A DNA stretch of 63,483 bases, the filler included. It is 4 parts of 4 records of this genome, joined end to end, with 100 filler letters (N's around TTAATTAATTAA, not from the genome) between each part and the next. Parts side by side here need not be neighbours in the genome. Positions count along the whole stretch, not along the records: positions 1 to 24,091 come from DRR723986_5252; 3 more parts are not named here. The stretch is one strand, 5' to 3'. Made by a program: the position numbers and the translations under genes. The notes below the pieces were generated by a model. The model was given only the letters and a program-made list of their open reading frames with translations. It searched no databases and had not been told where the DNA came from. This document shows positions 9,601 through 18,932 of this stretch, piece by piece (the stretch's first letter is position 1; each line of letters begins with the position of its first letter).

Positions 9601-12262
9601 GGTTGGTGTGATAGAAATTCGCACAATCATAGGAGTTCATGCGGAACACCATGGGCTCCGGCGGGCGTGTCTTGTCGAGTGTCGACTTCACATCTTCCCA
9701 GAGCGCAATGATACGTTGCTGCGGGAAATGGTCACCCGCCTTGTTGAACACCACATCGAGCTGAATGTTTGCGGCTTTGTAGATACGCGGATTATCCGCG
9801 CCGTACTCGGCCGTGAACTCGTTATCCAGCCCACCGGGTGCGGAGGAGAAGAAACGGCCCGTTTCACCTGTATTGAAGACCTTGCCATCATCGGCGCGGC
9901 ACGGCTCGAAGTAAGGTGCACCGGGAACCGGCAAGGCGCCGTTTGTCCGGTAGAATGCCTCAAGCACAGAACCGTCCAGCCCGAACTTGACGCTCGGATG
10001 ATATTGCGTGGCGTGGAAGCTCATCGCCGCCCGCTCAACATCCGTACCATATTCGCTGAGATAGTGCGCCTTGGCTTTTTCGATATGCTTTTCGAAGCTG
10101 AGCCGCGACTGGACGGAAGTCGTGACACCGCCCACAGCGTAACCATCAAGGTAATGGCGGGGCAAGCCACCGTCCCAGCCGCCATCTTTGAAGGATTGCG
10201 GGTTGATCGCCATGTCGAGCGGCGGCGTCGTGGTCCGCTGGCCGACCGCACCCTCGATCCCGCCAATCCAGAAAGGGAAGCCCGGGTTTTTGAGCCCCGT
10301 CGGGTTCAGCTGGAAGTCCGGATTGGTTGCATCAAGCGAAGCAAGCACGGGACGCGTGTCAACAAGCGAAGGATCGGTGTCTGTGCGGTCGACGAATGCC
10401 TGGCTGGATTCTGCAACACCATCACCATTCTTGTCGGAAGCAATAACGAAAGTGCGGCCCGGCATCGGCGGAAGGGCCTTGCCTGGCAGCGGAACAATCG
10501 CCGGGATCGGCACGCCAGCAAGGATCTCACCATCCGGCAAGGCACGCGCACCTGCGGCCGGGCGCCCCTCTTCCAGAGCAAATGGACGCGTATGGAACCC
10601 GTCCTCATCCTTGCTGACATCAAGAACGGTTCCGGCCTCGAACACATCATGGTTCCGCCAGAGCGCCCACATGCCTTGCGCAAAGTGCGGATAGAAGTGG
10701 CAGTGGAAAATTGCATCCCCCGCCGACATGTTGCGGTTCCCGGACCCACCGAAAGCAATTTCATAGGAATAGGCGCCGCCCGGACCAATACCCTGAGCGT
10801 CCAGATAGTTGGATTCATCATCATCCGGGTTGGAAAGCCACTGGTGATTGTGGAGGTGGAAGATATGGGCTTCCTTCGGCCCCGCGTGCACGTTCCTGAA
10901 CTTGACGAAATCACCAATGTAGGAATGCGACACGTTACCCGGATCGTCCGGATACTTCACATAGCTTGCCCGCACATTCGGGTCGCGCTCACAATAGGGG
11001 TCGCCCGGTTGCGGGGTACAGAATTCAAGCCCGGCATTGGCAGGAACATCGACGAGGGTCGACGGGTCGCCGACAGCGAAGGAGCTCAGGAAAAACTCTT
11101 CATAGGAACAGCTGAGACAGTCCTGCATCGGCCCAACGCCGAGTCGGTTGGCAATCACTTCAGAGCCAGCACCAGCCGAACCCATATTGACCATGAACGC
11201 GTCCCGCACACCGTGCAGGGTGTGACTGAAAACCGGGTCCTCAAACCAACCCGGAAACGCCTGTTTGGACACCGCTTCGTCGCTGAAGATCGAAACAATC
11301 TCACGGAAAGCCTCCAGGCGGTTGGGCAGCGCCGGATTGCGCTTGCCGGTCGATTCCAGAGGATAGGTCGAAGACGGGAAACTACCGTCTGCGTTCGGAC
11401 CGGCGATGATGGCGTTGATATCGGAGGCAACAAGCTTCAGCTTGCCGCCGCGGTCATCTAGCATATTAAGGATCGGCATACCTGCCTTGCCTTCTGCCGT
11501 CCACGGCATCCGGTTCGGGTAACGGGCATCATAATCGATCATCGGCTGACCGGTCGTTGTCGTCCCGATAGAGGCAAGCCGCATGTCTTCTTCGGTTACC
11601 TGGCTGCGATAGAATTTTGCGCCTCGCGGCTGGACCGCAATGGCTCCGAAGAGACCATTGGAGATATTGCCCCCTGTCGCCTCCCCGCCGAAGGTTGCAG
11701 CGCTGGACACGACGAGATGGATTCCCTCTTCCGTCGCATGGAAGGTGTAGGTCCGGCTCTGGCCTGGCGCGACAAGGCTGTTGGGGTTCTGGCCGACAAA
11801 GCTGGACGTATCCGCGATCGAAGTTACGGCATTCATGCCAAGCGGGCTGAAACCAGCCGTACGATCCTGAACCTGGTCATTGATTGTCATGACCTGCGGA
11901 TCGGCATTGAAGGGGTTCGGCCCAAAGCTCAGCAGGTTCTCAAAATTGACCTCAAGGCAGTCTCCGGCCCGCACGCGCAGCACGAGCGGACGCGGGCGCT
12001 TGTCGGGGCGCAGCTCGACATTGCCGGGCCGCAGGCTCCCACCAGCCGCCTCTGTCTTCCGGCTCGACTTGTCCATGACATCCGAGCGCAGCGCATAGAT
12101 CATGCCGTTCACATTCTGCGCGCCGAGACGATTAAACATCAATGGCTGGTCGAGGACGACCACATCCGCCGAAACCGTCCGCTCACACATTGCCGATTGC
12201 GCATTGGCAACCCCGAACGGAAGCGCAAACAAAGCAGAAAGAAGAAAAATAAGGTAGCGCAT
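6617..12262 (-). CDS. mnxG: very large (~1881 aa) MnxG-type multicopper oxidase, putative Mn(II) oxidase
   Basis: Sec signal MRYLIFLL..ANA; Cu motifs HIFHLHNHQW, FHCHFYPHFAQGM (T1), QHIHL, THDHFGPSTH in MnxG order (T1 motifs N-terminal of the HxH motifs); size like Pseudomonas MnxG. Confidence 0.8.
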   Translation of the reverse strand: MRYLIFLLSALFALPFGVANAQSAMCERTVSADVVVLDQPLMFNRLGAQNVNGMIYALRSDVMDKSSRKTEAAGGSLRPGNVELRPDKRPRPLVLRVRAGDCLEVNFENLLSFGPNPFNADPQVMTINDQVQDRTAGFSPLGMNAVTSIADTSSFVGQNPNSLVAPGQSRTYTFHATEEGIHLVVSSAATFGGEATGGNISNGLFGAIAVQPRGAKFYRSQVTEEDMRLASIGTTTTGQPMIDYDARYPNRMPWTAEGKAGMPILNMLDDRGGKLKLVASDINAIIAGPNADGSFPSSTYPLESTGKRNPALPNRLEAFREIVSIFSDEAVSKQAFPGWFEDPVFSHTLHGVRDAFMVNMGSAGAGSEVIANRLGVGPMQDCLSCSYEEFFLSSFAVGDPSTLVDVPANAGLEFCTPQPGDPYCERDPNVRASYVKYPDDPGNVSHSYIGDFVKFRNVHAGPKEAHIFHLHNHQWLSNPDDDESNYLDAQGIGPGGAYSYEIAFGGSGNRNMSAGDAIFHCHFYPHFAQGMWALWRNHDVFEAGTVLDVSKDEDGFHTRPFALEEGRPAAGARALPDGEILAGVPIPAIVPLPGKALPPMPGRTFVIASDKNGDGVAESSQAFVDRTDTDPSLVDTRPVLASLDATNPDFQLNPTGLKNPGFPFWIGGIEGAVGQRTTTPPLDMAINPQSFKDGGWDGGLPRHYLDGYAVGGVTTSVQSRLSFEKHIEKAKAHYLSEYGTDVERAAMSFHATQYHPSVKFGLDGSVLEAFYRTNGALPVPGAPYFEPCRADDGKVFNTGETGRFFSSAPGGLDNEFTAEYGADNPRIYKAANIQLDVVFNKAGDHFPQQRIIALWEDVKSTLDKTRPPEPMVFRMNSYDCANFYHTNLVPEFYLLDDYQVTTPTDIIGQHIHLPKWDLVSADGAANGWNYEDGTLGAEAVIHRIKAINRFILEEQTGEDLLEAEPHPFFGAGPDNHYMGARTTIQRWFADPVHNVDGVDRGLGVIFTHDHFGPSTHQQVGLYATLLINPAGSTWKHNETGEDLYTREDGGPTSWQAVIMAGDIDGDGQDDTYREFYLEAQDFAHAYNASAYVGVDENGLPAPPTEDSFRYAINPSVRRSAPFPDAVQAISTCPGGVPRPCPEAISAADVGTFLINYRNEPVGYRVYDPNKTGPDGKPGTQADGLGGDLAFALQTRTDRAMSEFNTKLGDTPYPALTGDVRNGDPFTPILRANAGDLVRVRMQAGGHEHEHSATIHGVKWLEGGGSFGESINSGWRSSMPIGLSEKATFATSIFGDVDEAKRVSDYLYAWDGSQEGLWTGTWGVLRSYERSQRDLFELPNNPRRLPITIANRDEFNGVCPANADVVSYDLTAVTVNSVLKTPFVTSIIPDDDSARMHEGGDLDPNGGTLRYNSRGVRLSNGERGPLHDPTALVYVPTDDLKKDIATRIDKRMCAERLGGTRNLSCPVKVPNNYSFEPPTLRVAAGQCLEVTVRNRLPEKTPDLASYVQQQTVVIRDRTSPEGVTTFNNNLIRASSHVGFHGMKLEYDISRDDGVNVGINPVQTVAPGATRTYRYYAGDLELEPRANTGNGTGNYGALFGNRFNLVAKPVEYGAITVQPADLIKQGQKGLFGAITVLPEGATFVNDPGTSAQATVTLPNGDTFRDFSMIIQKAVGLRYRDGTPVENIAGEGPGVPEDAHDAGGAAINLRTEPLWFRYRFGAGTAWGMGGDTDGDAAEGANGPGLASISDMYRAYSNDLVGQEPQTPVYLATPGQEIRLRVTSPAGYARNTVLGILGHNWTQEPFVTKDFPSDTMAWNDAQRFMTAQDNIMPPNAWNIMTEAGGPFQVPGDYLYRDYASFGNLNGLWGIIRVEEDAVENAAPSP

Positions 12263-12365
12263 GGAACCCCGAGCCCCTGGAAATCTGGAAACACACCACT
12301 CCACGAGAAATCGCAGAACGGGAAAATACTCCTACCCCTCACCCGATTTGAAGGGTCGCTACAAT

Positions 12366-12381
12366 TAACCTGATTGGGTTA
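12366..12381. promoter_or_regulatory. palindrome TAACC-N6-GGTTA upstream of mnxG
   Basis: TAACC TGATTG GGTTA, ~105 bp upstream of the start; the same motif recurs at 17068-17083. Confidence 0.45.
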
Positions 12382-12575
12382 TTTTGGCGGTTTTTACTTT
12401 CCTGATCCCTCACAATGCTTCTGGTTCTGCGCATAGAGAAATGAAAGTAAATAAAACTCCGACTATTATATAGAAATCATTTGCCAGTAATCCTAACCGA
12501 ATACTTAACAAATACATTCAATTTTGGAAAATCGATAAAGGCATGGCAGAGCTTCGATCATGCAGCCATATTGGC

Positions 12576-13160
12576 TTATGCCCCGGACATAATCGGGCGA
12601 ACAACGAGCCAGTCCGCATAGTCCTCAACGGACAGGCGCACCATTAGCGGTAGCTGGTCTGATGGCCAATGCCGCAGTATTTCCCCACCCGGCCCGGAAT
12701 ATTCAAATTCCGGCATTCCACTACAAGGCAGGAGAAGCCGCGAATCCACCACAACCGGAGCGTCTTGAACGCCGCCTCGGTATTCCCGGACATACAACAT
12801 CAGGTCCATCTGAGACGGACAGGTCTCGCTGGTGCGTGCAGCAAGTTCATATTGCACCAGGCTTGCGCCATCCCGTCCCGAACCTTCCACCGTCCAGGTC
12901 AACCGATCCTCCTCGCCATGGAACAGGGGCGAAGCAGGCTCTCCCAAAGCCCCCTCCGGCAATGCACGGGCGACACTCCAGGAAACCCACTCCCGGACCC
13001 TGTGGACTTCCATCAACTCATCATAGACCGCCATCCTTGATGAGACTTGCACGGCAGTGCGCATGGTCGCGCTGATCGCCATCGCAATGAGCGCCGTCAG
13101 CAGCATGCCGATCAGCGTTTCCATCAATGTAAACCCGTCTTCCCTGTCTGTTTCATTCAT
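12576..13160 (-). CDS. gspJ: T2SS minor pseudopilin J
   Basis: GFTLME prepilin cleavage motif; 194 aa; C-terminal WP...LPLMVRL; last gene of the E-F-H-I-J run. Confidence 0.8.
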   Translation of the reverse strand: MNETDREDGFTLMETLIGMLLTALIAMAISATMRTAVQVSSRMAVYDELMEVHRVREWVSWSVARALPEGALGEPASPLFHGEEDRLTWTVEGSGRDGASLVQYELAARTSETCPSQMDLMLYVREYRGGVQDAPVVVDSRLLLPCSGMPEFEYSGPGGEILRHWPSDQLPLMVRLSVEDYADWLVVRPIMSGA

Positions 13161-13527
13161 GGTGCGGTGCCTGTGTCATCTCATGATCCCATCGGATGGC
13201 CTCCGCCGTGTAGCGACGGTCGCCGAGCCCCTCGACGCTGACACGTATACGCATCAGCCCCTGCCCCAGCGGAGAGACTGTGCGGCGCCAGTCTATATGA
13301 CCGGAAGTTGTTACAGACAGTCCCGCCTCGTCTGCATTTTCCATTGTGGCCGTATCTATCAGGATCTGCATTTCCCTGACCGCCTCATGGGCCTCTGCCG
13401 CCAGGACCATTGCCCGCGCCTGATTGCCGAACCCTTTCAGCAAAACCACACCGGCAAGTCCCATGATCGTCAGCGCTACAAGGGTTTCGAGGATTGAGAA
13501 GCCGGCTTCATTTTCCGAAAATGTCAT
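13153..13527 (-). CDS. gspI: T2SS minor pseudopilin I
   Basis: GFSILETLVAL; ~124 aa; GGAGG RBS. Confidence 0.8.
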   Translation of the reverse strand: MTFSENEAGFSILETLVALTIMGLAGVVLLKGFGNQARAMVLAAEAHEAVREMQILIDTATMENADEAGLSVTTSGHIDWRRTVSPLGQGLMRIRVSVEGLGDRRYTAEAIRWDHEMTQAPHHE

Positions 13528-14024
13528 GACGAAACCTCCAGACGCTGGTATCGGCCAGTCAGCCAATCGACCTCTATTATTGTCTCTGCATACCCATCAA
13601 ATATCCGTATCTGTCCGCCCGAGCTGCGGCCATCGGGATAGAAGGCGATTCCGTCCGCACCGATCTGGCTGGATGACAGTACGCTGATTTTTTGGGATGA
13701 TGGCAAGCTCAGTTTTGCGCCCCATGGAGTGGAAAAGGAGCGTTCAGCCTCAGAGAATTTCAAGAGACTCGGACTACCTCGGCGCTGTGCATCAAGCCGG
13801 GTCGCCCGAATGAGGCTGACAATCTCCTGTGTCGTACGACGTCCCTCGATCCGGCTACTCCCATGGCCAGGCAGTTGCGCGACCGTTAAACTGGTCGCAA
13901 GGGCAAGGATCGCAAGCACGATCAGCAATTCAACAAGTGAAAAGCCCGCCTGCTGGTCATCCGGTAGGGTATCAATCACTTTCATGGTCCTATCGCCCGC
14001 TGGCTTGTCAGATCGCAAGGTCAT
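13524..14024 (-). CDS. gspH: T2SS minor pseudopilin H (start may be 13985)
   Basis: GFSLVELLIVL; IAFYPDGRSSGG...VDWLTG GspH motif. Confidence 0.85.
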   Translation of the reverse strand: MTLRSDKPAGDRTMKVIDTLPDDQQAGFSLVELLIVLAILALATSLTVAQLPGHGSSRIEGRRTTQEIVSLIRATRLDAQRRGSPSLLKFSEAERSFSTPWGAKLSLPSSQKISVLSSSQIGADGIAFYPDGRSSGGQIRIFDGYAETIIEVDWLTGRYQRLEVSS

Positions 14025-15216
14025 TGATGCTCATCACTGCGCTTAACAGGGTCAGCACGACAAAGCCTATGACCCCGCCCAGGCTGAGTGTCATGACGGG
14101 TGGAACAAGGGCGACGATTCTTTCCATCCTTTGCTGCGCGGAAGCCTCGAAGATTTCGGCGGCCTGAGCGAGTTGTGCAGGTGCATTGCCTGACCGTTCA
14201 GATACGGCCGCCATGTGAGCTGCCAGAGGGGGAAATGCGTGCGTTGCTTCCAGAGCATCGGACAGACGCCCACCCTGCCTGACCAGGTCGGTCGCTTCAT
14301 TGAGCTTTTCGCTGACAATAGCGGTCCCGACACCCGCGCTGGCAACATTCATGGCCGGAACAAGCGGCATGCCGCTGTCCAGAAGAGCTGAAAGCGAGGA
14401 CAGGAACCGGCTGGCTTCAACCTCTCGGATCGTCGGTCCGATGAGCGGAAGCTGAAAGATGAACTGGCTCAGCCTTTTCATCCCTGCCTGGCTTCGCAAC
14501 CAGACCATCGTCCCCAGGACGCCCATGAGTCCGGCTATGACAAACCCTGCCCCCCAATTGATGACAAAGTCCGATACGGCAACGAGATAGGCTGCGCTTT
14601 TCGGAACGTCCTGACCACTTGCCAGGAGGACAGGTTTCAATGTCGGCGTGACGACCAGCAGGATCAGGAGGATCGCCGCAATCGCGGTCACCGAAAGGAT
14701 CACAGGGTAGACAAGCGCGGATCGAACCTCGCTCCGAAGCTTGATGTCTTTCTCAAGATATTCAGTCAGACGCCTGAAGGCCGGGGCAAGGTGCCCAGAT
14801 GCCTCACCTGCCTGCACCAGGCCCATGACAAAGGGTGCTGGAGGATGAGAGACCTTTTTCAAAGCGTCCGCAAGCCTGTCTCCGGCAACTACAAATGTAC
14901 GCGCCTCCTCTGCAAGCTTGCGCGCAGGCCCATTTCTGATGTCATTGGCAACCATTCCAAGGGCTTCATCGAGTGGCAGGCCGCCATTCAGAAGCGCGCC
15001 AAGCGATCTGCAGAACTCAAGCATATCATTGGACGACATTATGTGATGCCGGGTTGCAACCTCCACAGCATGCGCATCAGCTTCTGTAACTTCAAAAGGC
15101 GAAAGCCCCTGTCGCAATAGCCAGGCGACCGCTTCTGCCTGGGACGCAGATTCGATCCGGTCCTGGAAGATCGAGCCATCCTTGCGATAAGCCGACACAT
15201 GAAATACAGCGTTCAT
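14008..15216 (-). CDS. gspF: T2SS inner-membrane platform protein F
   Basis: two T2SSF repeats (LL.GGLPLDEAL, AGEASG.L, SALVYP); ATGA coupling to the gspE stop. Confidence 0.9.
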   Translation of the reverse strand: MNAVFHVSAYRKDGSIFQDRIESASQAEAVAWLLRQGLSPFEVTEADAHAVEVATRHHIMSSNDMLEFCRSLGALLNGGLPLDEALGMVANDIRNGPARKLAEEARTFVVAGDRLADALKKVSHPPAPFVMGLVQAGEASGHLAPAFRRLTEYLEKDIKLRSEVRSALVYPVILSVTAIAAILLILLVVTPTLKPVLLASGQDVPKSAAYLVAVSDFVINWGAGFVIAGLMGVLGTMVWLRSQAGMKRLSQFIFQLPLIGPTIREVEASRFLSSLSALLDSGMPLVPAMNVASAGVGTAIVSEKLNEATDLVRQGGRLSDALEATHAFPPLAAHMAAVSERSGNAPAQLAQAAEIFEASAQQRMERIVALVPPVMTLSLGGVIGFVVLTLLSAVMSINDLAI

Positions 15217-16979
15217 AGCTCGCGCCCCCCAATACGTGCGATAACTTCCTCGACTGAGGTCTGGCCAAGCGCTGCAAGTCGCAAACCCTCGCTCAGCATC
15301 GGAACCATACCGTTCTGCAGGGCAACTGAGCGCAATTCGTCTTCGGATCGCGATGAAAGAATACAGGCACGTATGTCCTGATTGACTGACATGACTTCGG
15401 CCACGCTCTTGCGCCCTTTGTATCCTGTGCCCCTGCAGGCCGGGCATCCCCGCGCCTTGTGCCAGTGCGGTTTTGTGCCAGTGACGATGTGTGACAGGAT
15501 CCGGTCTTCAAGTTCTGGCTGGAGTGTTGCCGGCTCTGCACAGTCGCTGCAAAGAATGCGCACGAGACGCTGGGCAGAAATTGCATTGACCGTTGTTGCA
15601 AGAAGATAGTCGCTGACCCCCATCTCTATGAGTCTTGATATGGTCGAAGGCGCGGAATTGGCATGAACGGTCGAAAGCACCGTATGCCCTGTCAAAGAGG
15701 CTTCGACGGCGATCTGGGCAGATGCTGCATCCCTGATCTCCCCGATCATGAGCACATTCGGATCGTGTCTCAGGACGGAGCGGAGCGCCTGGGCAAATGT
15801 GAAACCAATTTCTGCGCGCACCGGGATCTGAGAGACCCCTTCAATCTCATACTCGACCGGATCCTCGACCGAAATGAACTTTCGCGTCGGAGACATGAGC
15901 GAGCGCAGGCAGGCGTAAAGCGTCGTTGTTTTTCCGCTCCCTGTTGGCCCCGTCACAAGCGTGATACCGTGCGGTCGGTTGATCGCATCGTGGATCGGCG
16001 CCAACGCACTCTGCGACAAGCCAAGCTGGGAGAGATCCAGATGGCCTGCGGTCTGATCCAGCACCCGCAGGACAATTGTCTCGCCATGGAGGCTCGGCAT
16101 GGTCGCAACACGCAAGTCGATGTCACGCCCGTGAATATTGGTTCTGATACGCCCATCCTGGGCAAGACGGCGCTCGGCAATATTCAGCTTCGCCAGCACT
16201 TTGATCCGAGAAATGGCCGCTTCCGCAGCGCCATCCAGTCGGGCATCCACTTCAGACAGATTGCCGTCGATCCGGAATCGGACACGCAATCCCTCGCGGC
16301 CGCTTTCGATATGAATATCGGATGCCCCCAACTCAACGGCCTGCTTGAACAGCTGCTCGACCCACTTCACAACCGGCGCACCACGTGCAAGGTCCATGAG
16401 GCGTTCAAGGTCCCCTACCTGATCCAGCCCGGACGAACGGACTTCAACGGCGGAGGGGGCTTCGGCATGTCCCAGCCATTCCATGATGTCTCGTGCCAGG
16501 GCGACTGCACGGACCACTTTCCTGCCAGTGCGATATGCAACTGCATCAAGCGTTTCAGCGTCGCTCGGATTCGCCATCACAAGGATGAGTTCATCTTCCC
16601 GGCCAGTAAGCGGCAGGACGTGCTTGTCCTTAAGGTATCCAAGCTTCAATCCTTCTGGCAGGTGCTGATCGTCCGGAAAGTCTGCCGCTTGTAAATACGG
16701 GATATCATAGAGTTCCGACCACGCCCTGGCGATGCATTCATCGGAGCAGAGACCCAGTGTGACAAGCACGCTGGCAAGGGGCTCTCCTGTCTGCGATGCG
16801 ACAGCCTTTGCCCGCTCTATTCTGGCTGGCGGCACAGACCCCTGCCTGGTCAATACATCTTGAAGCGACTGGTCAGGGTCCCGCACGTCTGATCCACCCT
16901 CAGCTGGCACCATGAGCGCTTTCGGAACTTCGACATCTAATTCTTGTACGGATGTAATATTCAACACGGAAAAACCCAA
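15213..16979 (-). CDS. gspE: T2SS ATPase E (start may be GTG 16967)
   Basis: Walker A GPTGSGKTT, EDPVE, LRHDPNVLMIGEIRD, LTGH..LSTVH, tetracysteine CSDC..CPAC. Confidence 0.95.
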   Translation of the reverse strand: MGFSVLNITSVQELDVEVPKALMVPAEGGSDVRDPDQSLQDVLTRQGSVPPARIERAKAVASQTGEPLASVLVTLGLCSDECIARAWSELYDIPYLQAADFPDDQHLPEGLKLGYLKDKHVLPLTGREDELILVMANPSDAETLDAVAYRTGRKVVRAVALARDIMEWLGHAEAPSAVEVRSSGLDQVGDLERLMDLARGAPVVKWVEQLFKQAVELGASDIHIESGREGLRVRFRIDGNLSEVDARLDGAAEAAISRIKVLAKLNIAERRLAQDGRIRTNIHGRDIDLRVATMPSLHGETIVLRVLDQTAGHLDLSQLGLSQSALAPIHDAINRPHGITLVTGPTGSGKTTTLYACLRSLMSPTRKFISVEDPVEYEIEGVSQIPVRAEIGFTFAQALRSVLRHDPNVLMIGEIRDAASAQIAVEASLTGHTVLSTVHANSAPSTISRLIEMGVSDYLLATTVNAISAQRLVRILCSDCAEPATLQPELEDRILSHIVTGTKPHWHKARGCPACRGTGYKGRKSVAEVMSVNQDIRACILSSRSEDELRSVALQNGMVPMLSEGLRLAALGQTSVEEVIARIGGREL

Positions 16980-17043
16980 CTCCTGGCCAAAGGGAAGCCC
17001 CTAATCGATCCGAACCACGCCCGGACCTTTCGACGAGGAGGCC

Positions 17044-17059
17044 AGCAACAACCGTGCCG
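17044..17059 (-). promoter_or_regulatory. sigma54 -24/-12 promoter for gspE-F-H-I-J
   Basis: minus strand CGGCACG-GTTG-TTGCT vs consensus TGGCACG-N4-TTGCW. Confidence 0.7.
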
Positions 17060-17067
17060 AAACCGGA

Positions 17068-17097
17068 TAACCCTTTTGGGTTACCCACAATAGGTTA
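17068..17097. promoter_or_regulatory. two overlapping TAACC-N6-GGTTA-type palindromes (candidate activator sites)
   Basis: TAACC CTTTTG GGTTA (17068-17083) and TACCC ACAATA GGTTA (17082-17097), between divergent T2SS operons. Confidence 0.5.
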
Positions 17098-17186
17098 CAT
17101 CGTGACCCCAATAGCCTGGAAGGCGCTGTTTTTCCTTCGGGGGGAGCAGAATTTTCTCCTCTCCTCAACGCTCCGTTCACGAATCT

Positions 17187-17202
17187 TGGCTTCTGTCTTG
17201 CG
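17187..17202 (+). promoter_or_regulatory. candidate sigma54 promoter for gspL-M-C/N-D-K
   Basis: TGGCTTC-TGTC-TTGCG: exact GG-N10-GC spacing with TGGC and TTGC cores. Confidence 0.5.
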
Positions 17203-17250
17203 TGACTGGGAAACAGAAATTCACTGCCTGTTCCAGAATAGGGAAAGCCT

Positions 17251-18348
17251 TTGATGTCCAGCGATTTTACGTCTCAGAATCTGAACTTCCCGCATATGCG
17301 CCAGTCTGTTGGACGAGAATTGGGACGCTGGTGGACATGGTGGAAAGGCCAGCTTTCCGAACTCGTACCGCCACAGGTGCAGGCCCTCTACTCGTCTCAG
17401 TCCGAGCCGGCCTATATCGTTTTCGAAAACGACAATTACGGGCTCGCCCCTTGCAAGAATGGCCATATCGGAAATTCGACGCAGCGATTGCCGGAAGTGA
17501 TCACCGGCGAAAGAATTGTTCTTTTACTGCCTTACAAAAGCGTCCTTTTGAGAGACCGGGTCCTGCCGGTGGCGTCCATGCCTCAATATCAGGACATCAT
17601 GAACTTGCAGGTGCCCGTCGAAACACCCTTCGACCTCAGTGAAGTCTGCGCGGATTCTCGCATTATCGATGTTGATTTCGATACCGGGTCTTTATGGGTT
17701 CAACAGGCGTTGCTGCGTCAGGACCTGGCAAGTCGCCATTACCGAAGCCTGAAAGATCGCAATGTCGGATTGTCCGGAATTGATATCCTGGACGAGGACA
17801 ACCGACCTATGGGGTTGAACCTCCTGCCGAAAGGATGGCGCACCCCTGAGCATCGCCCGAGATCCCGGTTGAACTTCTACATGCTTCTTGGTGTAATTGC
17901 TTTGTTAGCTACCCTCGTCGTCACAGTTTCCCTGAAGCTGGACCGCAAAGCTGAGATTCTTGGATCAAAACTGACATATGCGCGCGATCAGGCACAAACT
18001 GCCCTATCGATCCAGCAGGACCTGAACAGGCAGGCCGGAGCGTTGGAAACTGCCCACTTGCTCACCAATCATCCGTCGAGATTTCTGCCGATTTATCAGG
18101 CACTGGCGACAACCCTTCCGGAAGACACATATCTCGAAGCCATGATCTATAAAGATGGCCGGGTTTCCCTGATCGGCTTGTCTGGAACCAGCGAGACACT
18201 CTCAGAGCAAATTGAGCCGATTCCGGGAGTGGAATCCGCGCGCCTCCTGTCGACCATAGCAGCGAACGACGCAGGAGGACGCGATCGTTTTCGAATGGAG
18301 CTCACACTGGTCGCCGACCGAGTCCTCTCAGAGGAGGCCAACAGGTGA
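17251..18348 (+). CDS. gspL: T2SS protein L (PilN-like C-terminus)
   Basis: WWTWW..QL.ELVP start, LP....L.R...LP, ETPF, LNLLP, one TM, LPEDTYL. Confidence 0.85.
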   Translation: MMSSDFTSQNLNFPHMRQSVGRELGRWWTWWKGQLSELVPPQVQALYSSQSEPAYIVFENDNYGLAPCKNGHIGNSTQRLPEVITGERIVLLLPYKSVLLRDRVLPVASMPQYQDIMNLQVPVETPFDLSEVCADSRIIDVDFDTGSLWVQQALLRQDLASRHYRSLKDRNVGLSGIDILDEDNRPMGLNLLPKGWRTPEHRPRSRLNFYMLLGVIALLATLVVTVSLKLDRKAEILGSKLTYARDQAQTALSIQQDLNRQAGALETAHLLTNHPSRFLPIYQALATTLPEDTYLEAMIYKDGRVSLIGLSGTSETLSEQIEPIPGVESARLLSTIAANDAGGRDRFRMELTLVADRVLSEEANR

Positions 18349-18932
18349 ACCCGTACACACTGACCCGCTCCCAGCAAAAATTCCTGGCCGTCGTCTTGCT
18401 TGTCGTCGTCCTCTTTGCGGCGGTGACACTCATTTGTCTTCCGCTTCAGTCCCAGTTCGCAACCAAGACGCGTCGCTTGAGCGACATGCGTGAACAAATC
18501 ATGCATTGGGAATCCATCATCGCCTCCGAAGCTGACCTCCGGCATGCCCAGAGAGCGTTCCAAAGCGCACCAGGCAATGAGCAGATGTTCATACCGGCAT
18601 CATCCAACTCTCAAGCGGCAGCAAGTGTGCAGGCCTATGTCAGAAGAATATTCCAGCAAGCTGACAGTGATATCAAAAGCCTGGAACCCCTGCCTGTTCA
18701 GCAACTTGGCACAAGCCAGCGCGTTGCAGTGCGTGTCGTCGCAATGGTTCAACAAGAGCAGCTCGACGAGATCCTGGAGCAGTTTTGGTACCACGAACCC
18801 GCATTGGCTCTCGAAACCTTTCAGATCAAGGCAGGTGGAACTGGTCGACGCATAAAAACGGATAACTTCCAGACAAGCCTGCAGATTGACTTCACTGTCT
18901 TTGCACTGATGGCCCCATCGGATGACGCGTAA
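18345..18932 (+). CDS. gspM: T2SS protein M
   Basis: N-terminal TM plus coiled segment, AAASVQAYVR, GTGA overlap with gspL. Confidence 0.8.
   Translation: MNPYTLTRSQQKFLAVVLLVVVLFAAVTLICLPLQSQFATKTRRLSDMREQIMHWESIIASEADLRHAQRAFQSAPGNEQMFIPASSNSQAAASVQAYVRRIFQQADSDIKSLEPLPVQQLGTSQRVAVRVVAMVQQEQLDEILEQFWYHEPALALETFQIKAGGTGRRIKTDNFQTSLQIDFTVFALMAPSDDA

Noticed and set aside
9215-11461. 748-aa ORF on the + strand (also 7172-8110, 8498-9169)
   Set aside because: Antisense shadow of the codon-biased mnxG; no motifs and implausible composition
12263-12360. yybP-ykoY Mn riboswitch in the mnxG leader
   Set aside because: Only a GGGGTAGGAGTA resemblance; the other conserved elements and four-way junction are not evident. 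An Rfam scan would settle it
12471-12486. TGGCAAATGATTTCT as a sigma54 promoter for mnxG
   Set aside because: No GC at -12 with correct spacing
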